The position numbers and the translations under genes are program-made. DNA of 63,747 bases, counting the filler, from Phoronis australis (taxonomy: Eukaryota > Animalia > Phoronida), in the NCBI GenBank assembly GCA_002633005.1. It is 10 parts of 10 records of this genome, joined end to end, with 100 filler letters (N's around TTAATTAATTAA, not from the genome) between each part and the next. Parts side by side here need not be neighbours in the genome. Positions count along the whole stretch, not along the records: positions 1 to 9,254 come from NMRA01001832.1; positions 9,355 to 27,391 come from NMRA01000575.1; 8 more parts are not named here. One strand, written 5' to 3'. Shown here in pieces: positions 1-11,423 of the stretch. The notes under the pieces were generated by a model. It was not told the origin of the DNA. It searched no databases and saw nothing but the letters and a program-made list of their open reading frames with translations. The first letter of the stretch is position 1, and each line of letters begins with the position of its first letter.

Positions 1-211
1 ATCTGTTCTGTAACTGATAATAAGGCATTAAAACAGTCAAGTGTTTCCGTCCCTCAAAGCGGGAATTACATGTATGGACTGCGTTGATGGTATTTCAAAT
101 CAGTCGGTCAAAGTTGTTTATGAATTCCAAAGGCTCAGAAACACGAATTTAAGCTGGATGGCATGTATCCGAACACGTGCCACAACCACTCCCAAGAAAA
201 ATGAATTAAGA

Positions 212-718
212 TTAGGTAAGACCCTATCAAACTCCAAATTTGGTTAACTTCGCAACATCATTTCTCAGAAAACAGAAAGTTGGATTCTTATTAAACTTTC
301 TGATATTTTGCTTTACGCACTGTTCTCCAAACTATTGCAAGGATTTGTTTTAAAATGTTCCACTTTTGGATGAAGGGAAATCAAAAATAGACCAGGTGTG
401 ACTTTTTTAAACTTTAAGGTTGCATAAAACGAAAAAGAAATGATAATTAAGAAAACTGTAATAGCGCTGGTCATGTTGTTCATACCGTTGCTTTGCTATC
501 AATGTACCTTTGTTATTTTTGCTTAATTCTACCAAAAAGACATGTTCACCTGACCACGTGAAGTGACCCAATTAATTGCAGACTGGTGTCAAGTAAAAAA
601 TCAAATTCTACAGGCTTTCTACGTTCGGAAAATATGTACTTTCACTGACTTACAATCAAATCTTTCGTAGACATTCGGCTGAATGTAGAGACCTGTCGAT
701 AAGGTCCTACATATAACT
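212..718 (+). repeat. Diverged interspersed repeat, related to ~61146-61943 and ~49026-49120
   Basis: Blocks shared by eye: GACCCTA..TCCAAA.TTGG..AACTT near the 5' end, AAAAATCAAATTCTACAGG (~596-614 vs ~61824-61842), and a similar 3' block ending in (CA)TAAC. Confidence 0.5.
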
Positions 719-1545
719 AGGAAACAAAACACGCTCACCGAGACAAAAAATGGGCCGGGAGGGACTTCATGGGTCTAATTTCTGTACTCGAAACTCGACT
801 CCAAAATGCCCCCTTTGCACGCTTCTTCAGTGTAATCTTAGTACATATTATACGCACACTGAATGATCGTCGAATCCTGCCGCATGACTAGTGATGTTAT
901 CATGAGTCTAAAAATGCGTGGAGTTAATTAGAGTTCGGAGATAGGATCCTAGCTGGGTCCAAATCACGAACGAAGAATACAACACAGAATGCATAAAAAG
1001 AAATCTGAGAGGGAGGGAGTAACATGAAAATCGCAAGGCTATGATATAGTATGATAGGGGGCAGCCCGGGGCCAGATCATCGGACACCGCTCTAATCCAG
1101 GTCACTGAAGGCGAGTGAAATTTGATTCATTACCTGTGACTTCTTCATGCAGAGATCGATACTTTTTTGGCAATGATCACTACAATACAGTGTTTGAAAA
1201 TAGCGAACAGTCTATAGTGTATCCTACTGCAGACCCTGGATGTTGTATAATGAAATGTACTCGGCATAAATGGGGCGAACGGTAACACAGCAAACTTAAA
1301 AACTTACCATCAAACGGTATTCTCAGTCGGAACGAACCCAGTCCTATGGTCCCAAGTTATAATGGCGTTGAAGGTAAATAGTTTACGGACTCTTGGCCGA
1401 GCACACAACTTGAAGAACTTCCGGAAACGCGCCGTGAACCAGGCTTGTGGTTTGTTTCAGTGCCTGCATATGGTTTTAACAAAAACCGTATGCCAGGTCA
1501 GACGAACCGGTTTTAAATAGGTCAAACCATTTACAAAACACTCAC

Positions 1546-1666
1546 CGAGATCACTCATCAACGTAGCAGGCGTAAGGGGATTGTTTTTGCCGTTACTTTG
1601 ACTGGCAGTACACCCTCGTATGGAGAAAAGGATCAGGAGTATATGTGTCAAGGCAAAGTTGTACAT
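1546..1666 (-). CDS. Candidate first coding exon with signal-peptide-like N-terminus (MYNFALTHILLILFSIRGCTASQ...)
   Basis: ATG at 1666, hydrophobic stretch with a small-residue cleavage-like site, strong phase-1 donor G|GTGAGT at 1545. No convincing downstream exon found. Confidence 0.2.
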
Positions 1667-4600
1667 AGTGTACACCAACGTTTCTGCACAATAGTAGTTT
1701 CTCTAAATTGTAGTAATTCACGTGTATCTGTTATTACTTATTACTTTTATGGGTTTAGACCCTAGTGATTACTATGACCATTTGAACTTTTATCTCAGTT
1801 TTATTTATACACCTATATCACGGCGTTGTTCTCCATCTTTAGCTTATATAAGTTCCATATCTCCAGTACGTGTCTGTTAAATTTGAACGTCGTAGAAATA
1901 GCCCAACTGGCTAATGCTAACATGTTCTTCGAAGAACGTTAAATAAAGAGTTGAAGCACCACATGGGGGAGGGGGTAGCGCAAGCAAACGTCGTGTGTAA
2001 ATTAATTTTTACGCTTGTAAATTACGCAATTATTATAAACTTTATATGTGCGCAAGTTTCCCCCGGTGTGGCCAACCTCCACTTATTGTGGTCCGAGGGA
2101 CACTGACACCAAAAATACTGTCGTGCGCCGTGACAGTAAAAAGCTGACGTAAATTATGCCTCTTCAGTTTGAGCTAATATGGCGTTCGGAATAAAATAAG
2201 ACTCAATACGACAGTGTCCCAACCCGCAGCACTCATTAATATTGATGGTTTATTAACCTGAATTTAAAAAAAAGAAATAATCAAAAATCAAAGAAATCAC
2301 GCATAACTACATTAGATTTCACAGAGTAATTTTCCGTTCTTTGACTGGACACTCTGTAGGCCTAAGTTGAATCAAAATAAAATATTACAGTGGCACCAAA
2401 GCTAAAGCTGGCACCGTCGGTAGACATCTTACTATGTCTATAGCTGGCACTCTGAACGATTACACCGAGAGGACCCGACAAAAACAGGATGTCGTTGCGG
2501 CCTCTATAGCACTTATCAGACAAATGTAAACCAAGCTTGTCTTTAGTTTCTGATAAAAACTCAGTGGAATTTCCCTTGTGGTGTCAAGAGAAAATTGTGA
2601 CACAATGGAAAAAAGAATATTCAAAAGGTGCTCCTCTTTGTTGTATGGGAAGCTCGCCATATCTGTTTTCGCCTTGTTCACCGACGATTATGGCACCACA
2701 TCGTTCAGAATATGCGTAAATCAAGGACGTAAATTTCGTATCTTTTAATTTGATTAATTTACCTATATTTCCCTCCTTTGGCTGATACCATCACCAGAAT
2801 ACTTGCCCTCGCCCCGACGCCGCCTACTAAGTAAGTCTCGAATTTGCTCATCGCAAATGATTGCGCGTGAAAGTGAAGTTACGGACGGCAAAAATGTGTG
2901 ACTGTCCGGCGGCTGGGTTCCTCCAACTAACAGCCAGATGATCCGAGACAGTCGTGTCATTAGATGGGTTTACTGCGGTCAGGCAACAAGACGACGTGTG
3001 TCTTCCTTTGATGAAAAAGTCGCCGAGGAAAATTACGCAAACGGATTTAGGGGTGGGAAGCAATTAGTCCCCTCTCATCGGACACGTCTAAAAACATAAA
3101 AAAGATAAAAATGCCATCGGTACCAGTATCGTTTTTAGGGCTACAAGGATAATTTCCTTCGAAACTTGTAGTTTTTGTCCCCACCTCTAGGACATCCAAC
3201 TGAAGCGGCCAGCTCAGTCCACACTCGGGATGACTCGACCAACACATGGTGGTTGAAGGCAAAAGCCAATGACTGAAATGGAAGGTCACCAACTTCTTCA
3301 TGTCGGCTAATAAAATCACTGTAACCAAATTACCTGGCTGGGAAACGATGTACCAAGGGGACCTTAAATTTGAAACATTTGTTTTCCAATTTTGAAAACA
3401 CAACGGTTGTCTTTGTCTTCTTGAAAATTGCCCTGACAACACTTTTCGGCCAATTGCTGGTCGTCAACGCCAACAACTTGCCTTTTCATGGGCGGCGCAC
3501 CATAGGGGGCTGGGGGGCTAAAGCCCCCACTTTTTCCCGTGCTACACCGCACATGGTCTATATGCGGTGCACCACAGGGGGCTGCGAGGGGGCTTTAGCC
3601 CCCACTTTTTCAGTGATGCGCCGTACATGCATAACCTTAAAGTTTTCTGTTCAGATGACATGGACTGTTTTGCACTACCTATACAAATAAACGTTTTAAT
3701 TTAGCGAATTTCATTGCTTATGTTTCACGGTTTATCCCTCTAGTGCCAGCCTTGTTGTTACAGCTCAGGCCCCTCTGCAGTTTGGTTCTGACTGGTTGCT
3801 AATTTGCCCACCAGACAAGTGAAATTGAAGGGATAAGTGTGTTTTGCTCCATGAATGTCACAAATTTTAAGGTGTTGAACCCTAATTTTGAATTGGTGAT
3901 AGTCACCTACAGGGTGTTGGATTTTGAAAACCAGTTTGCCGTTTGTTCAGTGGAGAAAAATGTTTCTCAAAACGTGGGACCTCTCCGTAAGTCATTATTA
4001 CCTTTGAAGTAAGTGGTTTTTGGGCAATTCGAGTGTGGGATACCTTTTGAGATTTGTTCCTGTAAATTAATGTGGTTGAGCGGGAAAACTTCTTCTTTGT
4101 GAATTGGCAACAACTTGATTGTTATGGCCTCGGGGCGAGTCGTTTTACAGTAATCGTCGTATTGACTAAATTGTGCCGCAAAATCGAATATAATCCAACT
4201 AAAAATCCTGTAACGTAGATTGGCAACTGTGATACTCAAACTCATCCGCGCAAGTGACTACAATTGACAGTGCACTACCGCGATACATGTGGTGGCACAG
4301 TACTTTAATGTGACATCCAAGTCTTAGGCAGACGGAACTTCATGACAGCCTTTGGAAATGAGGTATACATGTAAAAGAGGAAAGAGTATGCAACGAAATT
4401 ATTATTATTATATTGGCACAACTGCTTTTGGAAATGGACGACGTAGAATGGCGACAAAAATAAAATTGCATTTTAATGGCTTAGTTCCGCCATTTTGGTA
4501 GACCATCCAACTAGTGCAACTTAGGGACTAGTGCGCCTTTGCACTTGGGCACCATCGAAATAGTGCACTTCCGTACTCCAGTGAGCTTCTCCCGATCAGC

Positions 4601-5100
4601 CTGATCTTTGTTTTGACTATGAACTTTCCTGGATGGATAAAGACTTACAAGGTGTTGTATTTTTCCTTTTCTTCATAGTGGACGCCTTGTGATCCATGAA
4701 AACTAAGGCAAACCAGCAAAATTCACGTTCGGCAGACTTTTTTTTGTCAATGATTTTTCAAAATACCGAGGGAGAGAAAATAATGCAAATTTGTCGCTGT
4801 GGTTTGCACTCTAAAATATCGCACGTGTACTTCACACCATACCAGACAAATCGCTACCCTTACAAACCAACTCGTGTTAGTTCAAAAGAATTGCAATATG
4901 AAACCGACCCTTTCGCAACAAAATGGTTGTACGAAAACAGACGAATGGGAAAACGTCAAAGGAAACCGATTATGTAGCCAGTCAGCCGTATTTTCGGAAA
5001 GAAGGCGGGCATATTTTCCGAAACGGTCAAACATTTTATGCGTTTGTTAAACATATTAGTGAATTTTGAAAGAAACACGTTCTTTTTAATGAATTTAATT

Positions 5101-5796
5101 TTATACCACAATATTAGCGTCAAATGGCAGATACAACCGTGTAATAACCCATAAAGTTATCTCACTAGTGAGATAACGTTTTGGACGGAGTCGAACCCGG
5201 ATCCCTAGAGTTGCTGGTCGCCGACTTTACCACTACACCACGCAGTGACTGACGTCATCAAGAGTGAAAGTAGAATACTTAAATGAGCACGCGCAACAAT
5301 CGCATGTTCAGCAAAGGGCATTGCATCGACAATTATACGCTATGAAATATAAGACGCATAATTTCCAGAAAAACGATATTTTAATTCAGTGAAATTTTTC
5401 TCTCGTGTTCTCTCACTTGTAAATCACCGATCTCCAATTTGAATGCAGGTGTCGTGTGGTCGGGATCCTTTGACTTGAGAGCATTATAGTCAGTTACTAG
5501 TGGTAACCTACTTTAGCAGACGATATATTCCCGGTCGAAGCTTAGCGTGATAAAATGTGTAGTAAGCTATAACAATTGCTAAACCTTAATTTATAGATTC
5601 ATTTTATTTCTATTTAGTTTAAATTTTCAATTGGTTTTGAGTATAAGCATTATTTTACAGAAATATCTCGGCTTTTCTTAAAAGGTCACGACCTCCGACC
5701 CAGGGCCTCTGACATGGAAAGTAGTTACAAAGCCGAGGCGAGTCGAGAAAGGTAGATCGATTCATTGCAATGTTTCTCGTTCAGTATGTGGTATAA
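5101..5796. mobile_element. Non-autonomous TIR element (TTATACCACA...TGTGGTATAA) with internal tRNA-like cassette; copy 1 of 3
   Basis: 10-bp TIRs at 5101-5110 and 5787-5796; ~650-bp homology to 32971-33666 (inverted) and 33675-34339 (direct); perfect 22-bp palindrome GTTATCTCACTAGTGAGATAAC at 5156-5177. Confidence 0.8.
5183..5249 (-). ncRNA. tRNA-derived Pol III A/B-box cassette inside the repeat (not a canonical tRNA)
   Basis: Minus strand reads GTCACTGCG TGGTGTAGTGG TAAAGTCGGCGACCAGCAACTCTAGGGATCCG GGTTCGACTCC, an A box and B box at tRNA-like spacing. No intact acceptor stem seen. Confidence 0.55.
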
Positions 5797-5798
5797 AT

Positions 5799-5958
5799 AG
5801 ATTATTACATGTTCTCAGTCGTTATCCCCTTTATCTAGAGCCCTCGTGGATTTTGTAGAATTATCACCCTCGTGGCTAACGCCCCTCGGGCGATAATTCT
5901 CCAATATCCACTCGGGCTCTAGATAACGGGGGATAACGACTTCGCCATGTAATAATCT
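5799..5958. repeat. ~160-bp foldback hairpin fused to the TIR element
   Basis: AGATTATTACAT...GTCGTTATCCCC..TATCTAGAGC..AGAATTATCACCC / GGGCGATAATTCT..GCTCTAGATA..GGGGATAACGAC...ATGTAATAATCT. Confidence 0.8.
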
Positions 5959-6367
5959 CACTGGTAAGAATTTTATTCTTCCATACTTATTTGTCATTAG
6001 GCAAACACAGTTTGTTGGAATTGCCCTTCATAACCTTAGTTACCAGCAAAATCAACAAATATCTCGACAGTCATTTGAGTGAAATCGCAAGACCCAAAAT
6101 ACAATGCCTCGCCAAAAGAAATCTTCAAGACACATTACATGCGGCCGGATGATTAAACGAGTCCGTCCGATTTTCAAGACATGCTAACCGTACCGAAAAC
6201 ACACACATGGATGTACTTTTTTGAAATTTTTCCGAAAACACGCCAATGGACATACTTGTTTTGGGGGTGAGTCTATATTTTCGGAAATTCCTGGTTGTTG
6301 CCATTTGACGTGTACAATTGTTGACGTCGAAGTATTCGTGACGTATTCACTTTACAAATTCTGTAAA

Positions 6368-8787
6368 ATGAAGCCGGGAATGGCTCACAGTGTCATTCGA
6401 AACTTTAGAAAAGTTACAATAATATGGTTTATCCACTTTATTTTGCGAATTATGCTGAGAACGACCGAGAAAGTTTACTCTGTCACGAGGAAATTCCCAC
6501 GCATTGTGTCTTTTGGCAACAAAGACGCCTCTGGAGCCACGGCAGTGAATAACGAGTGGTCAGGAGACACATCTGACGCGTCCAAAACTGTTCACAAAGT
6601 AGAAGCTGACATTAAATTAATGGAATCTTATGTCAGGTGCGTAACAGATTTGTGTTGTCTTCTTGTGATAGCATCACGCCGCAAAAAGGTAAACACTGTC
6701 CGCAAATCAACGGACCTTGGTGAGCATGTCACCGAGTGTGAAGTCGAGTGCGAAGTTGGAAACTCCACAAGCATCTACAAAGAAGACGCAAAATGTGAAA
6801 GAAACACGGAGGAAGTGTCCCACGATTCCACAGAGAACGACGAGACGGTAAAAGAGAATGTCCATGAAAATACGGATCTAACAAATGAACAGAAAGATCC
6901 TACTGATGGCCCTGGTGTTGAAGGGAGAGAAGTCCTGCAATTGAACGGTAGAAACAAACCAGGCGACGTCGAAGATGTTCAACAGGAAATCATTCAGCTG
7001 TCAAGTAACAATAGGTTTGCTGATGAGGCTTATAGTGAGGAAAAAGTCCTGAAATCCGAAAGCAAACCCATTCAACAGGACCACTTAGAAGTCGCCACAC
7101 TGTCCGATTTTACTAAGACAACTGAGTCTACAGTTTCGGAGGAAGTGCGCCCCATTTCTACAAAGAAAGATGGGATGTGTAAGACTAATGACCATCAAAA
7201 GACAGACCTCCCAAATTCAACAAAAGCGCCAATTGGTAACCCTGATGGTAGCGGGGTAGAAATCACGAAATTGGATGACAGAAACAAACCGATTGACGTT
7301 GACAATGTTCGAAAGGAAGTCATGCAACCGTCAGATATAGCTTGTTTCCCTGATGGCATGAAGAAAGTCTTGAACTCTAAAAGTAAAAGCGTTGAAGGTC
7401 ACCACTTTGAAGACGCCACCAAGTCGACCGAGTCTAGAGTTTCTGAGGAAGTTTGCCACATTTCCACAGACAAGGATGAATTGCTGAAGAAGAATGTCCA
7501 TGGAAAGACTGAGCTGCCAGAGTTACTGGCAAGTCAAATCCCTGTTATTACACCCGAGGAAGAAAATTGCATCGAAATACGAAATATTGAGGAAATTCCT
7601 GCGGACGCTGAAGATTGTGATATCCATGGGTTGCCTTACGGTGCAACTTTTTTCTCTATTGAAATAGTTGCTTCAGAAACCATCCGCCGTAGCTCTATAT
7701 GTATGATTGATACTGGAGAGAAAAGAGCCGGTGAACTGGAAGGCATAAACAAGCCAGACTACATTGAAGATGTTCGACAGGAAGTCATACACTCGTCAAG
7801 TATTGTTGATTTCGCTGACAATGATGATAGTAAGGAGAAAGTCCTGAAATCTGAAGGTATATCCGTTGGAGGTCGCCACTTAGACGACATCACACTGGTA
7901 GATTTCAGTGATTCGACAGAGCCTACAATTTCCTCTACGATTGGGGAAACCTTTACACAGGACTCACGACGATCCGCATCTGAGACATTGTGCAGCAGAT
8001 CAGGCAGCGTCGAAGGTAAAAGCCCAGAAGATGCAAATTTGCGTAGCTTCGCTAAGTTGCCTCAAGACGCCATTTCGTCTGTAAATCTTTTAGAGTACAT
8101 GTTAATAAATGAAACTGTTGAGGACAAAATAAAATTTCAGAGCAGTGGTCTGCCAGGCAAGCGTGAAGACATGCCTCTGGCACTGGACGGTGTTAAACCT
8201 TCTAGTGTCACCACCAGGTCTCACAGTCACATTTCGTTTGTGACGTTGCATTTTCCAACGAATATTGATATGTCCGTAATCAGTAATGATGAAATTAATA
8301 CCACATACCTTCAAGCTAAGAACGAGCCCGGGGAGGTTGAGTGTGCTCGCCTAGAGGACCGCAGATCGTCTCCTTTTGCAACGTTGCCTCAGTATGATTT
8401 TTGTTTTACTGGTGGGGATTATTCAATGGACACTGAATACAATGGTAAAAGTAAAACAAGATTGCAAATTAGCAACGAGCCATACGTGACGGCATTTGTT
8501 CAGAAGACGACAAGACGTTTGTGGATGTGCCTCTTGACGACGATTCTTCTGATTCAGAGGATACCCACAGAATTACCGGTGATTTTACGGATAAATCAAA
8601 TATTGTAAAACGCGAAGGACTTCTCAAGCGTTTGAAATCACGATTCAGACGGAATCGTCACGTGGTCAAGGTCTGTGCTACTTCCTCTTTGCAGGCGCAA
8701 AGTTTCGCCTCACGATGGCGGCATTTGATGTGTTGTAGTGCTTGTGAAGACGAGAACACCTACATGTATGCCAGATTATACGACTGA
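6368..8787 (+). CDS. Orphan acidic, probably disordered protein with ~100-110-aa internal repeats; C-terminus in a second frame (likely 59-nt intron 8445-8503, or frameshift)
   Basis: 2.4-kb stop-free ORF (6221-8608; first in-frame ATG 6368); repeats such as NKP.DVEDV.QE, EKVLKSE and TE..VSEEV..IST; acidic composition resumes in ORF 8521-8787; AATAAA at 8938-8943. Confidence 0.7.
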
Positions 8788-9254
8788 CGGACAGAAGTAT
8801 AAGCTCAATCTTCAGCGCCTTTTTAACACTTTTAACGTTTTTTATCATAAAATACGCTGTACATCGTTGTATGTTTTGGAACCATAAAGTCTCTGCTGTG
8901 CACACATATTGAATGTAAATTGCACGAGGACAGGCAAAATAAATGAAAGTACAGCTGCAAAGTTTATTTTAAGTGTGTTTAAGCTGAAAGTACGCTGAGT
9001 ACTCTGTAACAGATAAACTTTCAGTGTAATGAGACACTCTCTTTTGCCGTCTATCTAGACTGACGGCACAAGACAAGTTACACAGCCATCTAGACACTGC
9101 ATGTCCAGATGAAAACTGACCAGTAGGCAGATTGTTCGAGGTTTCGATTCAATAAAGACTGTCAAAATTGTTCGTTGTTAGAGGCATGCATAACGCAATC
9201 TTGTCGTTATATAGCGTAGTAGCCAGCACACTAACTAGGGGCAGCTGGAATATC

Positions 9255-9354
9255 NNNNNNNNNNNNNNNNNNNNNNNNNNNNNNNNNNNNNNNNNNNNTT
9301 AATTAATTAANNNNNNNNNNNNNNNNNNNNNNNNNNNNNNNNNNNNNNNNNNNN
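9255..9354. other. Artificial contig spacer 44N-TTAATTAATTAA-44N (first of nine; others at 27392, 42645, 45155, 48926, 51012, 54122, 59218, 62648)
   Basis: Identical 100-nt structure nine times; TTAATTAATTAA puts stop codons in all six frames. Confidence 0.97.
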
Positions 9355-9500
9355 GACATGTTCACTATTCAGGTAAATTTATAGCAAAGTTAGATGACAT
9401 GTTCATTATTAAGGTAAAGTTATAGCAAAGTTAGATGACATGTTCACTATTAAGGTAAAGTTATAGCAAAGTTATATGACATGTTCACTATTCATGTAAA
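9355..9500. repeat. 41-bp minisatellite, ~3.5 copies, at contig edge
   Basis: Unit GACATGTTCACTATT(C/A)AGGTAAA(T/G)TTATAGCAAAGTTAGAT at 9355, 9396, 9437 and 9478 (partial). Confidence 0.9.
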
Positions 9501-9542
9501 AGTGTGTCTTACCACACAGTTCCATTTACATTTATGTTTTAC

Positions 9543-9641
9543 CTGGTTGACAACTGTGACGTCACCATCCTTTTCCACGAGGAGTTTCACAACATCCAGA
9601 TGGCCATATTTACAAGCACGGTGCAGCGGTGTGTCGCCAAT
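9543..9641 (-). CDS. Ankyrin-repeat exon (IGDTPLHRACKYGHLDVVKLLVEKDGDVTVVNQ)
   Basis: Exactly 99 nt, TAG acceptor and CAG|GT donor, phase 0-0; canonical G.TPLH.A...GH..VVKLL consensus. Confidence 0.92.
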
Positions 9642-11124
9642 CTACATCAAATAAAACAGGCTTAAAGAAACAAACACGACTTCGAAACGAGATACTTATC
9701 TATGACTGGACATGGTTGGGTAAGTGGCAATGCTTTAGCAATTTCAGGTAAAGTGTAAACGAACATTGACATATCTTAAACCGAAATGAAAACGAACTAG
9801 TTATAATTCATCACTTCCCACGAACTTAACGAACAAAGCGATTTTCCGCTTGGTCAACAGAGCGACAAAAACAACACCTTCAGTGAAGATGTGAAAAAAT
9901 AAACCCACAAGGATAATCAAACATAACAATACAGTTAATTACCAGGAACCAAAGTGAAACGATTTTCATTGATCCTGCTTACATGTTCAGTAATAATTTT
10001 CTGATCAACGTGAATCTAATTAGCAGTTGCCACACCAGCATCTTTCTTCTCGGATTATTCCATGTCGCCGACCACCATTGGACATGCACGACTGAGTACC
10101 GGTAGCAATCGCTTAGTCACGTACATGTACAACTCCCGGAAACCAAGCTTAGCGTTTAGTTTCTAATTAAAGGACATATTCAATACATCAGTTAAAAACT
10201 CCATTTCTATTTAGCCTATTGGTCCACTTCACAGAGTATGCCTAATGTCTGCAACTTGTACGGATTGTCAATGTTTCCGTAAACATACATGTACCGTAAT
10301 CCCCGGAATACAAGGCCATGACCTCATTGTACTGTATGGCCATTCACTCGAACTTAAGGCCACGGCTGTATAGGTTGGGCCATTACTATTTTAAAGTGCT
10401 CTGTAAAAGTTCCTTACTTTGCTCATAATGCCAAAACAAACGTAGCACAAAGACGTGTAACAGAATGCGCGTGACAATAGTATTATTAATATTAAAATAA
10501 TGATGAATAAGTTAAAGAAAACAAGATACGTGTGAACACATCGCACAACACCATACAGCACAGTTACTCCGTACCCAGACAGTGTTCAGTGTTCGCCATT
10601 TTTGGAATTCGCTGCACAGTTTGCTTGCCATTTTATTGTTCTTTAGAGAAGCATTATTTCATAACCTTAACCATTACATAAAGTTTTTGTCCTGATTGGT
10701 AAGCCAAAATGAACACTATCGCCTTACATAGTACGGGTCATTTGCATTTTAGTGTTTTAAAAATGCATTATATGTTTAGTTCCGCGAGGATGTAATGTAC
10801 TTCGTTTGTTCAAAGAAAATGCTTTTAGTGGAATATTTAAAAATATATTTTTAAATATTCCACAAGCACTAGCAATGGATCATCCGCCTTAAATTAAGTG
10901 ATTTTTTCAGGGTTGGTACATTTTCAGTAGTTTTCATTTAACAAAGAATTTCAAAATTGAATTAACGTCAATGTTTGCCAATTAGTTTTTCAAATTTAAC
11001 AAAACAAAAAGGAAAGGAGCCATGTTCCTACAGCTGAACACGGTTGTGGAATTGCGTGACGCAGAAACTTCAAATGGTATAAAGAAATGACAAGTAATTA
11101 AGCAAAACCAAAACGATCGAGTCA

Positions 11125-11423
11125 TTATTTATTTGAATCAAGTCCCCCGGGAGTAGCGGAGAGTTTACTCTAGCCGAACTGAGATAAGAGACATTTTCAG
11201 TCAGAACTGAAAAGAGATAGATATCAGAGGAAAATCAAACACATTAATCAGGTACGTTATCGACACATTAANGTTATTATTCATTTGAATCAAGTCCCCC
11301 GGGAGTAGCGGAGAGTTTACTCTAGCCTAACTGAGATAAGAGACACTTTCAGTCAGAACTGAAAAGAGATTGATATCAGAGGAAAATCAAACACATTAAT
11401 CAGGTACGTTATCGACACATTAA
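11125..11423. repeat. ~150-bp near-identical tandem duplication with a single N at the junction
   Basis: ATTTGAATCAAGTCCCCCGGGAGTAGCGG...CGACACATTAA occurs twice; N at 11272. Confidence 0.85.

Noticed and set aside
908-1463. Downstream exons for the signal-peptide-like exon at 1546-1666
   Set aside because: Candidate exons hit in-frame stops or need implausibly short introns.
5183-5249. Functional tRNA gene (also 13300-13370 and ~33745-33820)
   Set aside because: A/B boxes are present, but there is no complete cloverleaf and each sits inside a multicopy repeat.
6221-6367. TTG start of the 795-aa ORF
   Set aside because: In a eukaryote the first in-frame ATG (6368) or an upstream exon is more likely.
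9299-9310. TTAATTAATTAA as a biological motif
   Set aside because: Always centred in 100-nt N spacers, so it is synthetic.
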